Shown here: piece by piece, positions 50,797-60,737 of the stretch | Position numbering within the stretch: position 1 is the first letter of the stretch | How the letters are laid out: the number at the start of each line of letters is the position of its first letter | Assembly: GCA_051942205.1 (NCBI GenBank) | Contig: JAVECO010000055.1 | Coordinates: 62,001 to 122,737, forward strand | Direction: 5' to 3' | Source of the DNA: Coniocarpon cinnabarinum | Taxonomy: Eukaryota | Length of the DNA: 60,737 nt | Translations under genes and position numbers: made by a program | The notes under the pieces: model-generated | The model's input: the letters and a program-made list of their open reading frames with translations, nothing else | What the model was told of the DNA's origin: nothing | Databases searched by the model: none

Positions 50797-51713
50797 ATGG
50801 TCTTCGGTCTCATCCTCGGCGCCGCCTCCATCCCCCTAGCCGGCGGCGCCATCGTAACCCCAACCGTAACCGGCGTCGGCAAAGGCGTAGGCAGTTCCCA
50901 GTCCGACTCCGCGAAAACCGAAGAAATGGGCAAAAACGCGCGCCTCAAAATCTACTGCGACATCCTCACCCCCGCCGGCAAATCGATCCACGGCCGGCCC
51001 ATCGGCCTCACCGACGGCTGCGTCATCGTGCAATCCGCGCATGCGCCCCCGTCGTCGCCGTTTCTGGGATTCTATATTTCATACCCCAGTGGGAAGGAGG
51101 GCGAGAATACGATGGGCCTTGTGAGTATGTTGGGGACGGTGCCGCCGAGTATGGGGTGGATTTTTGTGGATCGGAATTCTTTCGAGGTGAAGTATGGGAA
51201 TCGCTCCGCTAGTATTGGGGAGGTGTACGGGCCTTGGGGGATTTGTGAGGATTTGTTGGGGGTGGAGTTGGAGGAGCAGGAGGGGTTTGTGGCTGTCGAG
51301 GTGAGTGTTCCTTCTTTGCCTTCGTGCCCCTTTTTCTTGTTCCTTCTTCCCTCTTCCTTTTTCTCTTCTGTGACTCTGAGTTCTGTTTCCTCTTCGTCAT
51401 GACGCGGACTTCAGAGAAAGCAGGAGAGGGCTTGAACACAAGCGAATACTTTGGACCGTCATGAACACAGAAAGGGGACCAGTCTTCGCAGTGAACTTTG
51501 AGGGCCTTTTAAAAGGATCAAAAAGCACTAGCGAATGGAAAGTCCGGTGAAGGACGCGCAGCTAACAGTTACCAGGTCGAAAAAGGCCTCTGGAAGCTCT
51601 ACTTCGACCGCGAAGGCAACGGCGCCGGACTGCCCGCCGGCAAAAAGAGGCTAGAAGTCAGTTTAGAAAGAGAAGTCGTCGACTCGGAAAAAGAAGAAGA
51701 AGGGAAAAAGTGA
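50797..51713 (+). CDS. ~213-aa hypothetical protein with hydrophobic N-terminus and beta-rich domain. Exons 50797-51300, 51576-51713
   Basis: Intron GTGAGT...GCTAAC...CAG joins EGFVAVE to VEKGLWKLYFDREGNG...LEVSLER in frame; structured-looking motifs PFLGFYISYP, GLVS, WIFVD, KYGNR, GPW. Confidence 0.8.
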
Positions 51714-52578
51714 GAGTCTGCGCGACCTGAGCGGCTCACAAATCGAGACGGGTGAGATTTCAGTGACGTGAAGCCTGGAGGTTCCCCGTTGCAAGTGAAG
51801 TGACATGAGATGTCAACCGCGAGATGCAAGTGGCTCACCTCAGCCTCCGATACGAAGAATCCAAGGGATGCGAAATTGGCGTGATGATGGACCAACGCAA
51901 GGAGCCTACGAAGGGAGAACCATAGGATGCGAAATTGCGAGACGCTTCTACATTACAGCCTGCGACGTCAAAACCTACAACGCTCGGCTCAGCAACTCAA
52001 GAGGCAAGACTTCCTAATGCGCGAGAAGTAGTAGCACAAGAAAAGGATCCGCTCGTCTCAACCCGTTTCGAGACCGTCACGTCGCTGTTCAACACGCAGT
52101 CATCGTCCAGTCCCCGCCGCCAGCCATCCCCCTCTCCGTCAAGAGAGGAGAAGGCACTGCGTTGGACACGAAATACGCGGAAAACGAAATATGAAGCACG
52201 AGGGTTGACCGTCGGCTTGATTGTTATCTGAAATATCCAAATCACGAATGGACAAACACATGACGCGGTCCCAGGGGGACATCGCCGCTGTACATAGCGC
52301 AAGTCACGCACACGGAGCACAAGGAAATCCAGAACTGACGGAAATGAAGGAAATGAAGGAAATGAAGGAAATGACGGAAGCTAGGAAGTGATGATGGGGA
52401 AGAGACGAGTCGAGAAAGGCCACTGTAGCTTCTGAGGCCGAAGCTTGAAAACAGGAACGTGGGGTTGAGGAGATATAACACGGGGTGAGATGTGTCAAAT
52501 GAAATGGACTGACCAACGCGAAGAGACGAACTGCAAGACGTAGATGTATAAGTTACAAATCTGAGAAGCGAAGGAAAG

Positions 52579-52665
52579 CGAAGTGAAATGAAGTGAAATG
52601 AAATGAAGTGAAGTGAAATGAAGTGAAATGAAGTGAAGTCGAACGAAATGAAATGGAATGAAATA
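52579..52665 (+). repeat. (GAAAT/GAAGT)n pentamer satellite; a related 9-bp GGAAATGAA array lies at ~52337-52378
   Basis: Tandem units visible directly. Confidence 0.85.
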
Positions 52666-53405
52666 AGGAATGCCTCGAAATGATGAATAAAGATCCGAGA
52701 CGAGTCCACGGAATGTGTAGGTTTTCAAAGTCATTTCGTAGAGATCAGCGCCCAAGACTGAAGGAGAAGCGCATGAAGGGTAAGAGACGAAAGCCACAAG
52801 CAGACTATGGGAAGAAAATGCAAGCGTACACATGGGCAAAGTGAGCAAAGAGAAGACATCGAGAGGGAGAAGTAGTAAGGAATAGCTGGAAGAGTAAAGC
52901 CACTTGCGTTCCCTGTGTGTCTATTTACGAGTGAGCGTGGGATTACAATTAAGACCGTCTGTACGTCTGTACTCGACAAGGGGATTGATGAACCTCCGTC
53001 ATCTTCACTCAAGATCTCAACATCGCCCTCAACATCGCCCTCAACATCGCCCTTAATACCGCCCTCAATATCGCGCTCACCATCGCGCTCACCATCGTGT
53101 AACCACCCCACCCGTCACTTGAGTCTGGATCACTCTCACATAGTTTTCTCCGTCCACCCCATCGAAACCGAGACTCAGTCAAAAAGAAGTGAAATGGACA
53201 GAATATTAATCTTTCATTTGTCGGCAGAGCCGTCTAGCGACACCCGCATCGATTTGGTAGGGATATTTCATCTGAATCAACGAGCCCTGACATGTTCTCA
53301 AATACGTCCTGTACATAGGAGTCGTGGTAGCGTGGCGTCAGGACGGCATCGGATCTATCGCAAGTCATGAATCGTCATAAGCGTCAAAGCAGCCTCAAAG
53401 CAGCA

Positions 53406-55109
53406 TCAAGAGTGAAGCAGATCCCACGCGCGTGAGCAAAGTGCCATGAACTCCTCCTTCTTGCGCCGCTCCGTCTCCGGCGAATCGAGAGGTCGGCCGT
53501 AATGGTTCGTCGCTGGCGGTGGCTGGCGGCCACGGTCGTCTTCCCACGCTGCGTAGCGCCGCTCGTCGTTCATGGCGGCGGCTCGTCTGCGTTCCCAGTC
53601 GTGGTCGCGCTCTCGCGGATCGACATCCATCCTGTCGGCTTCATTGAGATCGCGCTCGTATTCTTCTCGTGTTCGCCGGCGGCCACTGTCGCTGCGACCT
53701 GCGTACTGCGGGACGGGTTGGCTTGTTGGAGGGGCTTTGTGCTCGCCGTGATGACGGGGAGAGGGTGGTGTAGGGGGTTGATGCCCGCCGTAGTGGACGA
53801 CACGAGGTTGCAAGTCTTCGCGACCACCAGACAAAGACTGCACGGCTTCTTCTGCGGACTTGAAATCACGATGTCTCGAGGACGAGGGGTACCCCTCGCG
53901 TGAGGATGGATTGTGTGATTGGCTTGCAGGTTGAGATCGTGGTGGCTGCAGACCGGCGGATGCGGGAGGTTGAGGGTAGCCCGGAGAGGCCATTGCAGTG
54001 GCACTTGCGCCAGGATGAGCGGGCGAATAATTGCTGTGAGGTGCATGAAATCCCGAGGGGGGTCCACGAGTAGAGTCGAGCACATCAGATATGGGAGGAA
54101 GACGATTCGAAGAATGTGAGGGAGTGTGCTGAGGATACTGCGAGGCCGCTGCTCCTGGTGGCGGTGGACGGTCGAGAACCTGGCGAGATAGACTGGGGGG
54201 ATGTTTAGGATGCAGGCCGGTGAAGGTCTGGTTGAGTGGAGCGGATTGAATGACACGCGGTTCAGATGCAAACTCTTGCGCAGAAGGTGCGCGGATGTTT
54301 AATCCGGGCGGTGGGCCTTTTCGTCTTGACGTGCCCAAAGGTTTCCCAAATTCACTGCTGGGCGTGGTCCCGTCCCCGGTCTTCTTGTCGCCTCCAGGGC
54401 CGGGCGGTTTACCATGCATGCGTGACTCAATCGTTCTTCTCTGCGATTCACGAATGTCCATGCTCTTCTGCAGCTGCACCTTGACCTCGGGATCGTGACT
54501 GTGGAAGCCAGGGCTGAGACAAGCGATGCCGACATCGTGCATCACGCCGAGACCGGCACTGTCCTTGGCAGAAGGTCGCGCGCCGACAGTACTGGCGCCG
54601 GGCGGAATGGGCTTATTACTGTTGCGAGACAGATCAAGCCTGCGGGGTCGGTGTCGAGCGGATGGTTGAGGGTAAGATGACTGCTGAGCAGCGGCTTCGG
54701 GTGAAGAAGGGTGTTCCTTTTTTATCAGTGGGACGTTGGGCGAGGTATTTGAGGTAGGTTTGGGTGCGTATCTGAACAAACGACGTGTCAGCTCGACTGC
54801 GCTGATGGAGCAGGACATGTCGAATCCCTCGACTCACTTTGGATTCGTGGTTGCAGGGGACTTGCTCCCTCCTTGGGAGCTGGAAACATGCTGAACCTCA
54901 TTCCTTCGTGATCGCTCATCGGAGGGGGAGCGACTTGCGTTGTTGCCGGCCGCACGAGCTGAAGCGCCGGAAGACATGGATCTTCTCATCTCAGTGGTGG
55001 AATTGCGCAGGGCGACGTTGGAGCGCGGAGTGCGAATGGAAGCGTCCGAGTCTCGAGGCCGCAAGGGACTGCTGTGGCTTGCTGCGGGATGCACTGCAAC
55101 AGTGCTCAT
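53406..55109 (-). CDS. Proline-rich, largely disordered regulatory protein with MAPK-docking-like motifs and a conserved-looking C-terminal helix (KKEEFMALCSRAWDLLHS). Exons 55109-54838, 54771-53406
   Basis: GTGAGT...GCTGAC...CAG intron joins two ORFs in frame; ordered blocks HDVGIACLSPGF and VIQSAPL. Confidence 0.8.
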
Positions 55110-57321
55110 GATCGACCGAGTCACTTCGATGCTCGACGGTGGGAGGGAATGGTCGGAGTTTTTAGCCGAGAGGGAAGGAGTGCCAATGAAGGTGCGATGG
55201 CTGCTGATGGCGGTGGTGATGACGGACGCGAGCAGTCAAGCTGCTGGAACTATTGTGCGGCACGAGATGGAAGGCGACGGATACAAAAAACGAAGGGCAA
55301 TCGCGGAATAGAACGCGGGTCGCAGTATTTGGGGGCGTCCACCCATAAAAAGATGTTGGCGCTGTTAGGGGTTAGTCAGACAGGTGATGCCAAGCACCGC
55401 GGTTGGGGAAGGAGGGTGCACAGGGTGGGGCGAGAGAAAGTAGAAAGTTGCTGGCCCACGGTGCGGCGGCGGTCGAGGGCGACAAGCGGTGGACAGCCAA
55501 CAGAGACAGGAGCAGAGGTGGCGGAGACAAGCACCAACAGAGAGAGAAGAGAGAGGGAAGGAAAAGGGCGAGATGGAACAGGTGGGAGGAGGAGCGCCTG
55601 AGACACGGGCTAAGGAAGGGAAGGAATATTGAGAGGAGAGCAGCGAGAGGAGGCGAACGAGGCCCGTCGAGGCGATCAGCGCGCGTGAAACGGGTGTCGG
55701 AGCGCTGGTTGCCGCATCGGGCAGTCCGCGACTCTCGCTCAGAGACGCTAGGCCGCATCAGTGACCCTGGCCCGTGGAACGGTGGTTGGCCCATTTGCCT
55801 GGGGTTGCCGCACCTGCGCGCTCCCAATCTACACGCCTCTTCATGTTTGCACACAGTCCTGCAATCGTCTTGAAATCCCTCGCCATCTCCCCCACCCAAC
55901 ACCCCAACACGAGAAATTTATAACCATCAATGACCGCTGGTCTATTTGTGCAAAGCTGATCGCTACCGTGGCGCATGCTGCTGCTGACCGGCGCTGCGAT
56001 GCGCGGACGAGGGTATACATGCTTCACTCTCGGCTCAGCGGCCGGTGCATCAGAGATACTGTTCACCCTCGCATCAGCGACAGGCACACGCTGCTTCTGC
56101 CCGAGTCACTGCTCGACTCCGCCCAACACCCCCAGAGACATCTGCACGGATCTGCGTGTCAACACCCTCTCCGTTGCAACAGCATTGGCAGAGTCGAGAA
56201 ACATCCTGTCTACTGGTGCGCTGTGGTTCTCCACCACCCCTGTCGCTCCTGTTCGAAGTGCGACAAAGCTTCCGAAAGTGTGCATGGGATTTCAAATCAC
56301 ATCCCTCCCCTCACCACTTGCATTTTGCTTCCCCCCTCCTGTCTGGGCTTGGCGTCGCGTTTAGAGCGTCAAGTTGTCCCTGCATATGCGCCAAGCCTCT
56401 CTCTTTAAGCACTTATTTGTCTCTGCTCCTCCCTCTCTCTCAAAATCCGTCCGCTGCCCTGCACTCATCCACATGCTGCATGCTCTCAGTGTATTATGCC
56501 GAGGTCTGAGCTGGCCAGCGTTGAGGGGTCGATCGTGAAGCTCGTCTGGGTGAGAGCTCGCAGCACAGACGGCCGACGTACAGTATCTTTCAAATATATT
56601 GATACGGTTGATCTGTGCGCTTGTAGGACTATATATTATATAGCACGCTATTAAATAGGTAGAGATTATTAAAATAGTTAGTTAGTAGATAGACGCTAAA
56701 ATTTATAATACTTTTTTACTATTACTATTACTATTACTATTACTATTATTACTTAATTTAATAGTTTAGACGCTATTAAAAAGTAGAGGAGGAAGTAAGA
56801 AAGAAAGATACTAGGCCTATTTAGGCCTAGTCTAGGACACCTAAACACCCTAGAAAGACTAATCTATAAAGAGAATTACTTAATTACCTTATATAAGATA
56901 GATATAAGATAGAAAAAAGACCTCTTAATATATTCTTATAGCTTTCTATAGGTATAGTATAGTAGAGGTTTTTACTACCTATACCTATACCCTTTTAGTT
57001 TAGTATAAAGTAGTATTACTAAGCTTTAGTAGAGTATTTAATAATTTAAACTCTATTTATATTTATTATTAATTAGTATAGTTAGGTACTACTAAGCTTT
57101 AGTAGAGTATTTAATATTTAAAACTATATCTATATTTATACCTATACTTATACTAAGGCTATATATTATTATAATTAATATTAAATTAAAAGCTTATTTA
57201 AAAAATACTTAAAGTATATAATACTTTTAGTAGCTTATAGATTTTTATTTAAGTACTACTAGTTAAAAAATAAGTATAAATTATACTTTAGTTATATTTT
57301 ATTATTTAGAATAGTACTAAG

Positions 57322-58260
57322 TGTTACGGCTCTGTCTTATAGCGCCTTTGTCCTCTCTACTATTTCTCTATTTAGAAGCTATTAATATAATTACCTAACT
57401 AGTTGCGCTGCTACGCCTTTTATAAGGTTTATTAATAATTATTAAAACCTAATACTAAGATAAATATAGAGGTATAGGTAGCACGCAACGCTCTATGCCT
57501 TTGCTACGTACGACAACCTGCTCTAAATACAAATAGGTAGCCTTCGCTCTAGTAGATAGTTATTCTATAGCTTTTACAATTCTATCGATTACCCTGTATA
57601 GTTGATAATTTCTACTCTTAACTTTCCTGTATTAGAAAGTGTAATTTAAGATTTAGCGACTTAAGCAAGGCAATATACTAGTCGCATAATATATAGGCAA
57701 GTTTATGTAATATACACATATATCTAGCCTTAATTAAGAAGCACTAATAATGTATTACTATAATAGACTTAACAAAGAAATTAAGAATTAATTATTCTAT
57801 TAAGATAAGCCTAAAGAACTTATAGTACTTAGGAGGCGTACTATTAACTTAGATTTACGTATTCTAGAGCTTAAAAGAGAAAAATAAGGAATTTAGACTT
57901 AGTAACTAAATACCTTACGTAAGATAGATACTTAAGAAATAGAACCTATAGATATTAACGTTACTACGCTTACTAAATATAAGTAACGTAGAAAACTTAT
58001 AAGTACTAAAAGACAACATAGACGCTAAAATAACCTTTATATATACTATAGAAAAGTAGGATATATTATAAGAGATTATAATTTAGTAAAAAATAAAAGA
58101 AATAGTTAGCCTAATAAGTTAGTTAACACTTTAGGTTGTAATATATATAACATAAGTAAGACACCCTTTAACTAGAAACTTGCTAACCTAGTAAACTATA
58201 CTATTAAAGAAATTAAAGAACTAATACTTATAGTACTTAATAAGTAAGAACCTAAAGAGG
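57322..58260 (+). mobile_element. RIP-mutated Ty3/Gypsy gag remnant
   Basis: Reversing C>T/G>A by eye gives gag-like LKQG..VAQY..KF...L...Y.GLNKEIK (~57660-57790), EPMDID-like (~57941) and a CCHC knuckle NLCxYCGKxGHxxRDC (~58032-58080). TGTTACG at 57322 is a possible terminus. Confidence 0.65.
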
Positions 58261-58267
58261 TTCTTAA

Positions 58268-60737
58268 TGTAAGGATTACGACCTAGAAGCTCTTATTGCT
58301 ACCTAAGGACGGCCTAACTATAAAGGACGTTGTATAGAGAAGAAGGAAGCTTCTCTGCAATAAGTCTATCTTAAATAATTGTATGCTAAGCTCTTAGGGT
58401 TGCATACCCTATCGTATTATATAATCTCCTACATCTAGATCTAAATTCTTATATTACTCCCCTCTTCTATATACTAAGCTTCTACTTAGATATATTTATA
58501 TTTAGCTATTGTATCTTGTTTGCTGCTACTAGTAGTATAGTTAGTTAACTAACCTGTTAGGTGTACGTATTTAATAGTATTAAGGGCCCTTAGTTTAAGT
58601 CCTATATAGATGGTCAATTTACTAGGGAAGTAGGGTTATCGCTTATTAGGTCTAATAGCTAGTAGGTTAATACTCTAGTTAACTATATGCTTAGTCCTCT
58701 ATTATCCCCTATTAGGGTTAATAATATTAAAGTCTTATATATAGTTAACTATAGAGAGCCGCCTCTTAGTATAGGGCAGCAAAACTATTACTAGTTAAAT
58801 ATCTAATTTCTTTTTATAGTACTTAGAGAGAGCGTTTAATTACCTAAATAGATTTACTAGGCCTAGGGCGTAGGGGGTAGGCTTTATAATAAGTATCCTT
58901 TGCTTCTTTAATATTGTTAATATTCTCCTAGGGTTTCTATATAGGTTCTTAATAACCTACCTATTTAATTAGGTATTAGAGCTTATAGTATTAATACTTT
59001 AAGTCTAGGATATCCTTAACTTTATATAAGGGTAGGCTTTCTTCCTAGACTTCTAGGGGTAGTAGCTATTACTACAGCTATTTAGGGTAGGCGTCTAGAG
59101 AACATAGACGTAGTAAAGAGATATAGAATCTATTATTAATCTTTATACCTTAGAGAAGCTTAAGCTAGGCAACTAGAGGCGTCTTTATTTTAATTATTTT
59201 ATATAGACCTGCATAGATTAAGTTAAGCTTTACTAAGGGCCTTTAGCGTTATAAGTGCCTAATATCTAGAAAGACTTAATTACTAGCTTTTAACTAGGAG
59301 GCTAGTAGATAGTACTTGTTTACTAAGCTTTACTAAGCTGCCTATACTAATTATAGGGCCTTATTATAATATTAGTAGATACGCTCTATATTCTAGATAA
59401 AGCTAGTAGTAGGCTAGGGCTAGGGCGTTGTTGATTTAGGCTTAAATTATATCTAGGGGTAATATCTAAAAGCGGCAAAGAATAGAGAGATGCTAGTACT
59501 CGTATTTATATAGTTATTAGCGTAGAACTCTATAATAGAGAGCTATTTTGCCTAATTGTCTTGTAGGTAGTTAACATAGTACTATAGATAAGTTACTAAC
59601 ATCTAATTTGCCTATTCTATCTACCTATCTATCTCTAGGTAGTAGGCTATTAAAAGCTTATGCTTAATATCTAATTTCTTATAGAAAGCGTTCTAAAATT
59701 TTAATAAGAAAGCTAAGCCCTAGTCTAATATAAGCGAGTTAGGTAGTCTAGCAAACTAAAAGATATATTTAATAAATACCTTAGCTATAGTTAGAGCAGT
59801 AATATTAGGTATAGAGATTAGCTAAACTTGCTTAGTAAGGCGGTTAACAACCTATAGAATATATTAAAACTTCTACTCTCTATACTTACTTATAGGTAGC
59901 AGGCTAACAAAGTTAAGGGTTAGGTAATAGAAAGCCTTCTAGAGAGCTTCTAGTAGGTATAATAAGCCTAGGAGCTTTCTTATTAAATAATTGTTTCGCC
60001 TATAGCTCTCGTAGCTACAACAAAACCTAGGGATATCCTAATATATAGAGAGCTAAAAGTATTATTAACAGAGAAGGGCGAATAGCGCGGTAGATCCTTG
60101 GTGTCTATATAGGGGCGATTTATAAAAATATTGTAAAATATCTATACAAATAGACTCTAGAATATAATCTTTTTCGTAGTACTAGAATCTATGCTCTATT
60201 AGCTAGTAATTTAGTAGCTTAAGCTTAATATTAGTTAATACGCCTTATTAAAGCTCTTCTTAGATTCTTTAAGCTAATAGGTCTGTATAGTAGGCTTCTT
60301 ACTAGTCGATATTAGCTAGGTTAGTGTTAGGGGCCTAGTTAGGATCTATTTAGGTAGGTCTTAGAATCTAGTATAGCTTAAGAACTTATTATAGACGCTG
60401 CTATACTTAATCGTCTTCTACTAACTTTAGGCAGTCTATAGAGATTCTAGTAAGAGTATTAGGTTTACCGTTTTACTTGCCTAGGCGATACTAAATCTAG
60501 AAATTAAATTAGGATAAGAATTCGCTCTAGTACGCTTAGCGGGCTATTAGTTTCTTTATTAATATAAAGTATTCTAAATTCTTATAGTCTAATAGGATTT
60601 AGACTAGTTTATTAATAGATTTAAGCTTAGCAGTCTATTCCTTAAAGGCTTAAATAATTACTAGTAGCTCCTTATTATAGATCTTATAGTTATATTTAGC
60701 TAGGAGTATTTTCTTTAATATAAATATAATAGAGCGT
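58268..60737 (-). mobile_element. RIP-mutated chromovirus (Ty3/Gypsy) pol remnant: integrase plus chromodomain
   Basis: De-RIPed minus strand gives integrase zinc-finger cysteines and LL.PL...F..LTLDFV (~59900-60050), SD.G..F...F.....LGIKHKLSTAYHP.TDGQTE (~59600-59730), FH.SLL (~59110-59130) and chromodomain V.DILDS....LQYLIKWVGY.EPTWEP.ENI (~58915-59030). Confidence 0.78.

Larger units (their letters stand above)
56620..60737. mobile_element. AT-rich block of RIP-degraded transposable elements
   Basis: Abrupt fall in GC content, marked excess of TA and scarcity of CA/TG, no ORFs in the supplied track. Confidence 0.92.

Noticed and set aside
52242..53370. ORFs with FHFIS and SPST repeats
   Set aside because: Translation artefacts of pentamer and 12-bp satellites in 3' intergenic DNA.

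Overview
Eukaryotic nuclear DNA from a filamentous ascomycete (Pezizomycotina). Evidence: short GT-AG introns with CTRAC-type branch sites and a RIP-mutated transposon block. The first ~33 kb is ordinary core genome: INO80 (3' end outside the window), SMI1/KNR4, CBP80/STO1, GSK-3, an Ecl1-family protein, a ~1100-aa hypothetical protein, an ALR/CorA Mg transporter, SPC1, RBX1, a PHO89-type phosphate symporter pseudogene and an Edc1/PNRC2-like decapping activator. The most unusual items are: (1) a tRNA-Ser(AGA) gene interrupted by a 60-nt GT...AG spliceosomal-type intron at the variable-arm/T-arm junction; (2) a possible in-frame spliced fusion of an acidic, EEGEV-motif ORF onto the N-terminus of CBP80; (3) a five-gene cluster (39.3-51.7 kb) of DUF3659/LEA-like repeat proteins, two paralogous Q-rich proteins ending in the same beta-strand motif, and a small conserved protein; (4) a protein with MAPK-docking motifs and a Dig1-like C-terminus. 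From ~56.6 kb the window is AT-rich, RIP-degraded Ty3/Gypsy retrotransposon DNA. All gene identities come from recognising motifs by eye, not from database searches.
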